Below, piece by piece: positions 18,713 through 28,259 of a DNA stretch of 64,000 bases. The stretch covers positions 29,896 through 93,895 of the forward strand of contig CAYMED010000006.1 of the NCBI GenBank assembly GCA_964389655.1, written 5' to 3'. Every line of letters starts with the position of its first letter. Positions within the stretch are counted from its first letter, which is position 1. A program made the position numbers and the translations under genes. This DNA comes from an uncultured Candidatus Poseidoniales archaeon. Lineage in GTDB: Archaea; Thermoplasmatota; Poseidoniia; Poseidoniales; CAYMED01. The notes below the pieces were generated by a model, which searched no databases, was not told the origin of the DNA, and saw only the letters and a list, made by a program, of their open reading frames with translations.

Positions 18713-20935
18713 TCACATTGTTTCCATTCCTCTATTCGAATCTGAACGACGAACTGAAGAAAGTCCAGAGGTCAATTTTGTTTCGAGTTTTGTGTAATAT
18801 TCAATCATATCAGGGGTAATTGTTGGGCGTACTGAACGCATTGCATCGATGAAATGAGATTTCTTCACATTCTTTGACTCGTCTCGCATAGCCCTTAGTG
18901 CTGCTTCTCGACAAATCGCTTCGACATCCGCACCAGTAAACCCACCCATCTGGTTTGTTAAATCAACCATCTTAAAACGGCCAAGGGGCATACTTTCCGA
19001 ATGTATCTGAAGAATATCAACTAGAGCCTTTTTATCAGGGGGGGGAATATGGAGGATGCGTTCAAACCTACCTGATCGAAGCAACGCTGGATCAATTAAT
19101 TCCGGCCTATTTGTTGCCGCGATTACAATGACGTCTTCAAGTAATTCCACTCCATCCATGCTCGACAACAACTGGTTTACGATTCGATTTCCAACTAAAC
19201 TACTCTCGCCATCGCCCCCCGAACGAAAAGAAGCAATGGCTTCAAATTCATCAAAGAAAATGATCGAAGGAGATGCCTGTTTTGCTTTCTTGAAGATTTC
19301 GCGAACTCCGCGTTCAGACTCACCAACCCATTTTGAGATTAATTCGGGGCCTTTTACAGTTATGAAATTAGCAGACGCCTCATTTGCCACGGCCTTCGCA
19401 ATGAGGGTCTTTCCAGTCCCGGGTGCACCAAATAAAAGAATGCCACGTGGTGGTTTAATCCCAAATTTATCGAAGAGGTGTGGTTTAGTTAGTGGCCATT
19501 CGACAGATTCTTTCAGACGTTCTTTTACTTCATCTAACCCACCAACTTGGTCCCATGTCACTTCAGGGACTTCAACCCAAATTTCCCTCAATGCAGATGG
19601 TTCAATATCCTTAATCGCTAATCTAAAATCTTCCATTCGAACTTCCATTATTTCTAGAACTTCAGGGGGTATTGTTTCTTCTTCCAAATCAATATCTGGA
19701 AGATATCTTCTAAGCGCTTTCATTGCTGATTCACGGACAAGCGCAGAGATATCTGCACCTACAAAACCATACGTATTTTCAAGAATCCAATCTTCCTCAA
19801 AATCATCAGCAATGGGCATTCCGCGTATATGAACCTCGAGAATCTCTGCTCTTCCTTCACGGTCGGGGACGCCGATCTCAATTTCACGATCAAATCGGCC
19901 CGGGCGACGGAGGGCAGGGTCAATTGCATCACGGCGGTTTGTTGCACCGATAACAATGACATTGTCCCTCCCCTGCATTCCATCCATCAAAGTGAGTAAT
20001 TGTGCGACAACTCTGCGTTCAACTTCACCATGAACATCTTCTCGTTTCGGGGCAATACTATCCAATTCATCGATGAATATGATCGAAGGACTCTTTGAAG
20101 CCGCTTCTTCAAAGACTTCACGCAATTGTTTTTCCGATTCACCATAGTATTTACTAATGATTTCAGGCCCATTAATCGAAGTGAAGTCTGCATTTGTTTC
20201 TGCAGCCACTGCACGAGCAATCATTGTTTTCCCTGTACCTGGGGGTCCGTGTAGTAACACGCCTTTTGGAGGGTCAATACCCAAACGGTGAAATAACTCG
20301 GGATGTTTGAGGGGTAACTCGATCATTTCACGAACCTTGAGCAATTGCTCCCCAATACCTCCAATATCCTCGTACGTTATTTCATTGACTTCAAATTCAC
20401 TATCGGCATCAACAATTTCCTCACGAATCACAATTTCTGTATCTGTTGAGACACGAACAATGCCTTTAGGAGTTGTTTGAACAATCGCAAATGGCAAGGC
20501 TTCTGCAAAGAGCGTCATTCCAGGGATAAACACTCTATCGCCAGCAACAACAGGTCGCTTAATTAATCCACGACGGGCAAAGCCCTCAATTCCAGGTCCG
20601 AATTTAACATTGTGTTTGTGCTGCATTACTGGGCTGATCACAAGTTTTTGGCATGGATGCGCTTCTGCTTTGCGTATCGTGACACGATCAGTAAGACTCA
20701 CGCCTGCATTTTTACGAATAATACCATCAACTCTAATGATGTCTGAAGAGGCATCTTCAGGGCGGCATCTCCAAACAACTGCTGCTGTTTTCTTTTTCCC
20801 CTCTATCTCAATGATGTCTCCGGGGGATAAATCAAGGTCGTTTTCGAACGGAACGCGTGCGCGGCCGTGCCCCACATCACTGGGAATTGCTTTGTGCACG
20901 CGCAACTCAATTGAGGGGGCTGACGTCTCACTCAT
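18713..20935 (-). CDS. cdc48: CDC48/VCP (VAT) family AAA+ ATPase
   Basis: N domain plus two AAA modules ([30 protein letters not shown]), [11 protein letters not shown]; alternative start 20971. Confidence 0.97.
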   Translation of the reverse strand: MSETSAPSIELRVHKAIPSDVGHGRARVPFENDLDLSPGDIIEIEGKKKTAAVVWRCRPEDASSDIIRVDGIIRKNAGVSLTDRVTIRKAEAHPCQKLVISPVMQHKHNVKFGPGIEGFARRGLIKRPVVAGDRVFIPGMTLFAEALPFAIVQTTPKGIVRVSTDTEIVIREEIVDADSEFEVNEITYEDIGGIGEQLLKVREMIELPLKHPELFHRLGIDPPKGVLLHGPPGTGKTMIARAVAAETNADFTSINGPEIISKYYGESEKQLREVFEEAASKSPSIIFIDELDSIAPKREDVHGEVERRVVAQLLTLMDGMQGRDNVIVIGATNRRDAIDPALRRPGRFDREIEIGVPDREGRAEILEVHIRGMPIADDFEEDWILENTYGFVGADISALVRESAMKALRRYLPDIDLEEETIPPEVLEIMEVRMEDFRLAIKDIEPSALREIWVEVPEVTWDQVGGLDEVKERLKESVEWPLTKPHLFDKFGIKPPRGILLFGAPGTGKTLIAKAVANEASANFITVKGPELISKWVGESERGVREIFKKAKQASPSIIFFDEFEAIASFRSGGDGESSLVGNRIVNQLLSSMDGVELLEDVIVIAATNRPELIDPALLRSGRFERILHIPPPDKKALVDILQIHSESMPLGRFKMVDLTNQMGGFTGADVEAICREAALRAMRDESKNVKKSHFIDAMRSVRPTITPDMIEYYTKLETKLTSGLSSVRRSDSNRGMETM

Positions 20936-21056
20936 CTGGCTCGACCGGATGACGACCTCCGGCGGGGTCATTTAAACAGTCAAGGGTGGAAATGCCAAAA
21001 CGGGCGGAACTGAGAGGGTGGAAGGGGCTATCAGGAGTGTTCATGTCGCGGGGACA

Positions 21057-22676
21057 ATGTCCTTCCTGAGCCAGCCATTAGAGATCCTCCAAAACGAAGT
21101 GGGGCGGCAAACACTCCGCGCACGTAACATTATTGATGGAAAGCATGCTGATTCCTCAAATAACGAGGTTTTTGAGTCTCGAAATCCCGCATATCTCTCA
21201 GATGTCGTCTGTGTTGCTCCAAGAAGTTCGAGTAACGATGTTAAGAGCGCCCTTAGAGCTGCACGAGCCGCACAACCTGCATGGGCAGCAACACCATCAC
21301 CAATCAGGGGGAACATTATTGCAGAGATGGGGCATCAACTGACAAAGCACCTAGATGACCTTGTACAACTTGAAACACGAGAAATTGGAAAGACCCTGAA
21401 AGAGGCAAGAGGATCCATACAAGAGGCAATTGACACATGCCATTTTTTCCATTCAGAGGGGAGGAGGTTGTATGGACAAACAGTGCCAAGTGAATTGCGA
21501 AACAAGGAATTGATGACTTATCGGCGGCCGCTTGGTGTTTGTGGAATTATCAATGCTTGCAATTTCCCCGCTGCAGTCCCATTTTGGAAAATAATTCCAG
21601 CAATACTGTGTGGAAATACTGTTGTTTGGAAGTCCCCGCAAGATGCGCCAGCACTATCATATGCCCTTTGCCGAATAATGCATATTTCAGGCATACCATC
21701 TGGTGTTGTAAATCTAATTCATGGAACAGGTTCTGAAGCGGGTCAAGCGATAATTGATGCTGTAGATGACGGCCTTATCAACAAAATATCCTTTACCGGA
21801 AGCACATCAGTGGGTAAGAAAATAGGCGAGGTATGTGGAAGAAACCTTGTATCTTGCTCTCTTGAATTAGGTGGTAAAAATCCATTGGTCGTCATGCCGT
21901 CTGCAAATATTGAAAATGCCGTTGAAGGGGCTTACTGGGCTGCTTTTGGAACTGCAGGACAACGCTGTACAAGCCTTGGGAACTTGATAATCCATGCAGA
22001 CATCTACGATCAATTTCTAGAATTATTCATGGAAAAAGTAAGAGATACTAAAATAGGGGATAGTCAACGTACTGAAAACGTACTCTATGGACCCATGCTC
22101 TCCCAACGATATGCAAATGAATTCCTCGCACGAATTAATTCCATATCGAAAGAAGGAGCGACATTGGCTTGGGGCAAGGGTCGCATAACTAGTGATTCAA
22201 AGCCGAGTGGTTTTGAGGGAGATGCGGAAGAAGGAGTCTACATGTGGCCACACGTATTTACAGAAGTGACTGAAGACATGCCGTGCTTCCATGACGAAAT
22301 ATTTGGGCCCGCAGTAACTATTGCTACGGCGACTGATTTTGATCATGCATTGCATCTTGCAAATGCAAGTCCATATGGATTATCAAGTGGAATTTACACA
22401 AATGATCGCCTAGAGGCATATCGCTTCAAAACTGAAATTAAGGCAGGAATGACTGGTATAAATAATTCGACAACAGGGGCTGAAGCACACCTCCCATTTG
22501 GGGGAGTAAAGGGGAGTGGAAATGGCACGCGTGAATCCGGAATCTGGGTTATAGAGGCCTACACATACTGGCACGCAGTGAATGATGAAATGTCAGGACA
22601 ACTGCAACTAGCTCAAATGGATGTTGAATCGATAGACAATGCCCCCATTGAGATCGATTTTTCAGTTCTATCATGA
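21057..22676 (+). CDS. NAD(P)+-dependent aldehyde dehydrogenase
   Basis: NFP, FTGSTSVG, catalytic LELGGKN and GQRCTS, EIFGP, PFGGVKGSG. Confidence 0.95.
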   Translation: MSFLSQPLEILQNEVGRQTLRARNIIDGKHADSSNNEVFESRNPAYLSDVVCVAPRSSSNDVKSALRAARAAQPAWAATPSPIRGNIIAEMGHQLTKHLDDLVQLETREIGKTLKEARGSIQEAIDTCHFFHSEGRRLYGQTVPSELRNKELMTYRRPLGVCGIINACNFPAAVPFWKIIPAILCGNTVVWKSPQDAPALSYALCRIMHISGIPSGVVNLIHGTGSEAGQAIIDAVDDGLINKISFTGSTSVGKKIGEVCGRNLVSCSLELGGKNPLVVMPSANIENAVEGAYWAAFGTAGQRCTSLGNLIIHADIYDQFLELFMEKVRDTKIGDSQRTENVLYGPMLSQRYANEFLARINSISKEGATLAWGKGRITSDSKPSGFEGDAEEGVYMWPHVFTEVTEDMPCFHDEIFGPAVTIATATDFDHALHLANASPYGLSSGIYTNDRLEAYRFKTEIKAGMTGINNSTTGAEAHLPFGGVKGSGNGTRESGIWVIEAYTYWHAVNDEMSGQLQLAQMDVESIDNAPIEIDFSVLS

Positions 22677-22683
22677 CCAAAAA

Positions 22684-23718
22684 TCACCCTAATATTTGGT
22701 GAAGAACACTTCCGACAAGGAGAGGGAAGAGAATTGTAGCCTCACCCCAAACCATCACCTCATCAAAATCGTGAGCATTTTTTCCCCAACTAATTGCCTC
22801 ACGAAGAGTTGACCCTGACAAGCCACCATCTCGCGTGTCTGCGACAGAAATTTGGATACCAAAGCGATGGCGGGAAACCACATGGCCTAGCATTTCTGCA
22901 AGGACAACTGAATCTTGAGCATAATTTTTGGGTACACCACCACCACAAATAACAAGACCCGTATCTCCTACTTGTGCTTTCCATTCTGCCAATTCAGCAA
23001 AGTCAGATATTGAATCAATTCGTACTGCCTTTTCTGCTCCACCAAGGCGTTGTTGTGCCATTGCAAGGCCGACGCCAACTGATGAATCATTGAGGGCGGG
23101 AACAAAAATTGGAACATCATGAAGTGAAGCCACTGACATCACAGATTCTTCCACCCCATCAATTGCAGAAAGCCACGCACCGCATTGCGAAAGGAAAGAA
23201 CGACTTGACAATGTTGATGGAGATATCTGTTCAGCAAATGAGGCAAAAGTCAGGTCAACTTGCCGAATCGCCAATTCATCCAGAAGATGGTCCCAAACGC
23301 GATCGATGAGCAAGTCATTCAATTCGTCATCATCCGGAATCTCAGGTGGAATATAGTGCTGGTGACCTAATGCTTCAAGCATGTCTTGCTCAATCAGTGC
23401 GCCTGTGCAGACAATTGCATCAACCAGCCCAAATTTAATTGCCTGAATTGTCATCTTTCTTAGACCTGCACTAAAAATGGAGCCTGCCAAGGACCAAATT
23501 ACACGAACATCGCGCTTTGCCCAGCGAATCCAACAATCAGATGCGGCCGAAAGTTGACCTGCTTGAAATGGAAGGGATCTCCAAGATTCCATTAACGAAG
23601 AGGAAACCGTAAATTTCTCTATATCGAGTTGTTTGATCGGATTAGAAAGAAGTTCAGAGCGGCGCTTTTTCTCATCTGGAGACCATACATGTGAGGGGTA
23701 TTCGGGAATTATATTCAT
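22684..23718 (-). CDS. Deoxyhypusine synthase-like protein (bacterial SpeY/homospermidine-synthesis type)
   Basis: SLAGSIFSAG, TGALIEQD.LEALG..HY, DRVWD, PALNDSSVG, GGGVPKN, ADTRDGGLSGSTLREAISWGK (active-site Lys retained), EATI..PL. Confidence 0.9.
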   Translation of the reverse strand: MNIIPEYPSHVWSPDEKKRRSELLSNPIKQLDIEKFTVSSSLMESWRSLPFQAGQLSAASDCWIRWAKRDVRVIWSLAGSIFSAGLRKMTIQAIKFGLVDAIVCTGALIEQDMLEALGHQHYIPPEIPDDDELNDLLIDRVWDHLLDELAIRQVDLTFASFAEQISPSTLSSRSFLSQCGAWLSAIDGVEESVMSVASLHDVPIFVPALNDSSVGVGLAMAQQRLGGAEKAVRIDSISDFAELAEWKAQVGDTGLVICGGGVPKNYAQDSVVLAEMLGHVVSRHRFGIQISVADTRDGGLSGSTLREAISWGKNAHDFDEVMVWGEATILFPLLVGSVLHQILG

Positions 23719-24722
23719 TCAATCATCTCCCATAATGCATGAAGGCGGAAGCACGGATTCGTTAGAGGGGGTTGTTCAATTTTAGTCACTCCTTTTTGTT
23801 GCACACAAGCAACTATTTTTACAGCCAATAGTGCCGCAGAAAATGGTGTTAACCGATCAGAAGATGTTCCAACAATCTCATTGATATCTGCTGAAATAAC
23901 TTCATTATTGGATGATGAAAAAAGTGTCTCAATGATTTCAATCACGTGCCAATATTGCAACCCACCCGGAACCGGCGTCCCAGTAGATGGAACCAAAGGG
24001 CCATCAAGACCATCAATATCTATACTAAGATGAACAGGACCATTCAATTCATCGAGCAATTGTAACATGGACTCCCAACCGTTATCCTTGACTGGGCAAA
24101 TCAAATTGCGGGCTTTGAAACAAGTTACCCTAGAATCATTATCGATTATCGTACGTTCTTCTTTGCTCAAGGCCCGAACACCAATTTGTATTAAACGGCC
24201 AACGCCCAAATCTAGAGAACGGCGCGCTGCACATGCATGACTCATTTTTTCACCTAAAAGAGAATCTCTGAGGTCAGCATGTGCATCAATTTGAATGACT
24301 GTTAATTTAGAAAGATCTCCTGAAATTTTAGGATGGTCGGCAACCCCGGCTAATATGGCAGGTAACAGACCATGTTCACCACCCAAAACAAGAGGAAAGC
24401 TTGAGCCAATCAGATCTGGCGAGAGGGTTTCAGCAATCTCCAATAATTGGCCCTTTAAGTTTGGAGACTTAGGTATAAGCAATGGGCGTGTCGCAATTTC
24501 CACTTGCCCTTCTAACTCAATTTTGAGGTCGTCATCCCAAGTTTCAACTTGAGAACTGGCTTCTAAGCATGCGAATGGGCCATTTGCAGTCCCTTCACCC
24601 CATGACGTGGTTAATTCATATGCGACTGGGAGCACCACTACATCAACATCTTGTGATTGAGACTCGTTGCCGAGAAAGGGGGGCGTGTCTGTCAATGCGC
24701 CGTTCACGGCTTGTCCATTCAT
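23715..24722 (-). CDS. speB: Agmatinase (ureohydrolase family)
   Basis: GGEH, DAHAD, SHAC, SIDIDGLD, TGTPVPGG metal-binding motifs; overlaps the DHS-like gene by 4 nt. Confidence 0.9.
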   Translation of the reverse strand: MNGQAVNGALTDTPPFLGNESQSQDVDVVVLPVAYELTTSWGEGTANGPFACLEASSQVETWDDDLKIELEGQVEIATRPLLIPKSPNLKGQLLEIAETLSPDLIGSSFPLVLGGEHGLLPAILAGVADHPKISGDLSKLTVIQIDAHADLRDSLLGEKMSHACAARRSLDLGVGRLIQIGVRALSKEERTIIDNDSRVTCFKARNLICPVKDNGWESMLQLLDELNGPVHLSIDIDGLDGPLVPSTGTPVPGGLQYWHVIEIIETLFSSSNNEVISADINEIVGTSSDRLTPFSAALLAVKIVACVQQKGVTKIEQPPLTNPCFRLHALWEMIE

Positions 24723-24837
24723 CTAGTGCGGAAGGGCTTTTCGACAGTAATCACGTTTCATGAATAGAAAATGATACATATTTAGCACCGCATTTATCTA
24801 TGAGGAGTCACACAATATCTTATCGGGTTGAGTACGC

Positions 24838-25233
24838 ATGGGGATGTCGCTGAGAGAATTAACGATCGCAATCCAACGCCATATCGACACACAAATGGAG
24901 TACAATGTCGCTGAAGGAATGGCCGAACATGCACTTGGATTCTTCGGATATTACGATCGAATCATTGATAATGCACTTGAACCCACGGATCGAAATCTAT
25001 TCTACATGTTCCAAGATTACGAGTTGCTAACGACTGAATCTGAAGAAACTACATTGTGGGATGGAAGAGACTGGCGCATACACTATTGGAAGTTCAAACC
25101 AGATTTGAGAAGCAAGGTGCAGAAATATGCTGAAGAAGAAGAAAAAGACGAAGGCGATCCGTTTGCTGACATCTATTCCGAGATTCCTGAATCAGTATGG
25201 GGCTTGCGGTCGGATGATGAAGACGAATCCTGA
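24838..25233 (+). CDS. Conserved Thermoplasmatota protein (DUF6015-like)
   Basis: FFGYYDRIIDNALEPTDRNLFYMFQD..LLTTE.EE..L.DGRDWRIHYW pattern recalled from a Thermoplasmata-specific family. Confidence 0.7.
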   Translation: MGMSLRELTIAIQRHIDTQMEYNVAEGMAEHALGFFGYYDRIIDNALEPTDRNLFYMFQDYELLTTESEETTLWDGRDWRIHYWKFKPDLRSKVQKYAEEEEKDEGDPFADIYSEIPESVWGLRSDDEDES

Positions 25234-28200
25234 AGTTCTACGTGTCCGTTCTGGAGCATTGCTGGGAATACTATTGCTGGCAACCGTTTCTGCTGGATCT
25301 ACTGAAAATAGTTCATCTAACCCCACGCTAGACATTCTTGTCGACTGGAGCATCGCTGCTAATGGGAGTCTAGATCCAGGAATTATAATCGAGAGTAGTT
25401 CACAAATCGAGGGGAATTTATCAAATTGGATGCTCTCTGTTATTCGTTCTGGCGCTAATAATGAGGTCATATCATTCAATTCCAGTGATTCGAGCATTAG
25501 TGGTTATCGTTTCTCCCTATCCGAGCCACCTATTTATGGAGAAATCATCTCAATCCAAGTTCTTGAGAGTGGGATGAAAATTGCAGAGCGAGCATTCTCT
25601 GTTTCTCGATGGAATGAGCCAATTGGAGAACATGAAGTTGCTCTGCGAAGCGTTTGGGAGACAAAACAATCAGAGGCAATAAATATTGAATCGTTTGCAC
25701 TCTCCTTTGATGGACAAGGATGGCAAAAGCGCCATTCTAATGGTAAATTGACATTAGAAGAAAGGGGAATTGGATCTCTTCAGTTGAATGAAATAATTGA
25801 TGGGCAAAATATCAGAGTAGATTTAGACCTAGATCGCGTGTGGAGAAACCTTAGCCTTTCCGAATCCGTTTTTGATTCTGAAATCTTTGAAATGCATGGT
25901 AATGGGACAATCACATCTAGCCTATCAACTGTCGACCAACAGGAAGGGGCATTTGATGCAACAATATCTACTGCATCTTGGATTCGAGAAACTTATCCCA
26001 ATAGTACGCGTGAATGGGCACATCTCTCGGCATCTGGTGATTTAAGAATCACACCTTCATCGAATAATGAGGATAGACAGAACGAGAAAGAGAGTTCTGA
26101 AAAAGAAGAGGATACCCAGAGAGGGTTAGATGTGAATGGGACAATTCATCGTTTTGCTGTTGAATTTGAAGATGTGAATGGCGAGCGCATATTTGATCGC
26201 TCTGCCCTTGAAGCTACAGCACAAGTCATATTCATAGACGGGGATCTCCGTTTTGTCTATGACCTTGAAGATATGACAATAATTGAAGAGTGGAAAAATG
26301 GAGTTCGTGTAGAGCAAATTGATAGACAAACAGGGCAGGGCGTCTTTGGTGCAGTCATAGATGATGAAAATTCATCCATCATTGTGAATGGAACTATCGT
26401 GAATTTTCATCAGGAAAAAATCAATGGAAATACAACAGGGGACATATTACATGTTGATGGAACATTTTCAGGAGATATAAGTGGTTCATTTGGGACTCTC
26501 CGGGAACTTGAACGCCAAGGTCAAATGCAAAATAGCACCGGGGAACTTTTTGATGTCAACATTATTCGACATCAGGAATGGCTCAATTTATCAGGGGCAG
26601 GAGGGCTTCCTTCTCTTTTCGGTTCAATGGGGACCAGCCACAATGAAACTCTTTTCTGGGATGTTCGATCAACAGCATATGATAATCGAACAATCCACCT
26701 AGAATGGGAAGAAACTGGTTCTGACCCGTCTTCAGGATCTGAATGGCCTGAACGGTCCCCCATACCATTTGATGAAAATCCACCGAGAAGTGATTCTATT
26801 TTCGGATCGAGTAATACCACGCGAGAAAGAGGAATAATGCCCCTCCCCCTTCTACCCAAAGACAAAATATGCGTGATGGAAGATTTAGTTGTCCGCCTTT
26901 GTATCACTGCAGAAGAAACTGATGAAGCCGACCTTGCAGGCCTCTCTGGGTTCAATGTGATTAAATGGAATGGGTCTTATGTTCAAGGAGGATCTGCTAC
27001 CGGAGCGACAATCACATCTGGCCCATTAGCGGGGCTAATTGGATGGGTGGAACGTAATTTAGAAACTAGTTTTGGGGATATGCAAGAAACGATCACAGAA
27101 AATCAATCATTGATCAAGATTGTATACCCCCCTGTAGTAACTGCAGAAGAGAATGAGCCTCCAATCATTAGAAAAATTAGCTTGTCCGAAGGTGTTCTAC
27201 TGAATGAGGGGGGATCTGCAGTGCTTGAAGTTCAAGTTGATGATCCAAATCATAATGTAATCGCTGTTGAGGTTGTAGTTGATGGGAATAATTCAATTTC
27301 TCTTTCAGATAATGGATTAGATGGGGATCGTAATCCCGCAGATGATGTTTGGTCAATGAAGATTCATGCTGAAGGAATTAGAACAGAACCCATTGAAATT
27401 ACAGCCACTGCACGAGATGGATTTGCATTGAGTACACCACTGACAAAAATGATCCAAATCACCGATAGAGCACCTCGGTTAGTCTCAGCAACATTCATGC
27501 CAGTTCAGGCAGTTCGAGGTGAAAATATCAATACAACTATAATTGCAGAAGATGGACATGGAATCAGTGCCATCCAATTGGATCTCAGATTATATGGTGG
27601 AGAATTGATTAATTTAAGTGATCATAAAAATACAGGAATGTGGATTGCTGAATTTACAATACCTTCAGGCATGCGCCCTGGTGTGCGCGATATATATTTG
27701 ATAATGAGGGATGGCTTCGGCACAGAGGCTGCAACAACTGTATTTGGAGCATTAACAATTGACAATGAAGGGCCCCTCGTCAACGCATCCCTCAACCCAT
27801 ATTCTGCAAAAAAAGAGAGGCAGGCAATGACGACGCTGCTAAGTGCGAGCCCAATTGATAAAGATGAAATTGTTTTAGTTGAAGCTCGCCTAGGTGTTTT
27901 TGATCCAAATGGCGATGAAACGAGATGGACACAATTGCATGATGATGGGCTCAACGGTGATTTGATTGCGAACGATGGTATTTGGACATTTGAAATAAAT
28001 GTCAGGGAAGGAATTCCAGCGGGGAAATACCAAATTTGGATTCGAGCAACAGATGTATACGGGGGCACCGATTCAGAAGCGCTCGACTACATCCTAATTG
28101 AGGAAGATGCAAACCATACCACTGTCGAAGGAGCATTAGCGGGGATCACACCCATTATTGTTGGAGGGATATTGGTCACTGGAATCATTGCAGCCACTAT

Positions 28201-28258
28201 TGCAGCAGTCATAGCACTACCAAAATTGCGAAATGCCGTTAAAGATGACGATGTATAA
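25214..28258 (+). CDS. Large surface protein with two choice-of-anchor-X-like (LxDDG..GD..A.DG.W) Ig modules and C-terminal TM
   Basis: Signal peptide after ATG 25214; SLSDNGLDGDRNPADDVWS and QLHDDGLNGDLIANDGIWT; C-terminal TM followed by KLRNAVKDDDV. Confidence 0.85.
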   Translation: MMKTNPEVLRVRSGALLGILLLATVSAGSTENSSSNPTLDILVDWSIAANGSLDPGIIIESSSQIEGNLSNWMLSVIRSGANNEVISFNSSDSSISGYRFSLSEPPIYGEIISIQVLESGMKIAERAFSVSRWNEPIGEHEVALRSVWETKQSEAINIESFALSFDGQGWQKRHSNGKLTLEERGIGSLQLNEIIDGQNIRVDLDLDRVWRNLSLSESVFDSEIFEMHGNGTITSSLSTVDQQEGAFDATISTASWIRETYPNSTREWAHLSASGDLRITPSSNNEDRQNEKESSEKEEDTQRGLDVNGTIHRFAVEFEDVNGERIFDRSALEATAQVIFIDGDLRFVYDLEDMTIIEEWKNGVRVEQIDRQTGQGVFGAVIDDENSSIIVNGTIVNFHQEKINGNTTGDILHVDGTFSGDISGSFGTLRELERQGQMQNSTGELFDVNIIRHQEWLNLSGAGGLPSLFGSMGTSHNETLFWDVRSTAYDNRTIHLEWEETGSDPSSGSEWPERSPIPFDENPPRSDSIFGSSNTTRERGIMPLPLLPKDKICVMEDLVVRLCITAEETDEADLAGLSGFNVIKWNGSYVQGGSATGATITSGPLAGLIGWVERNLETSFGDMQETITENQSLIKIVYPPVVTAEENEPPIIRKISLSEGVLLNEGGSAVLEVQVDDPNHNVIAVEVVVDGNNSISLSDNGLDGDRNPADDVWSMKIHAEGIRTEPIEITATARDGFALSTPLTKMIQITDRAPRLVSATFMPVQAVRGENINTTIIAEDGHGISAIQLDLRLYGGELINLSDHKNTGMWIAEFTIPSGMRPGVRDIYLIMRDGFGTEAATTVFGALTIDNEGPLVNASLNPYSAKKERQAMTTLLSASPIDKDEIVLVEARLGVFDPNGDETRWTQLHDDGLNGDLIANDGIWTFEINVREGIPAGKYQIWIRATDVYGGTDSEALDYILIEEDANHTTVEGALAGITPIIVGGILVTGIIAATIAAVIALPKLRNAVKDDDV

Positions 28259-28259
28259 A

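Noticed and set aside
19056-19832. 258-aa + strand ORF and similar long antisense ORFs (e.g. 6658-7344, 33632-34225, 56947-57552, 62704-63228)
   Set aside because: Shadow ORFs opposite well-supported genes; Ser/Arg-rich, with no motifs
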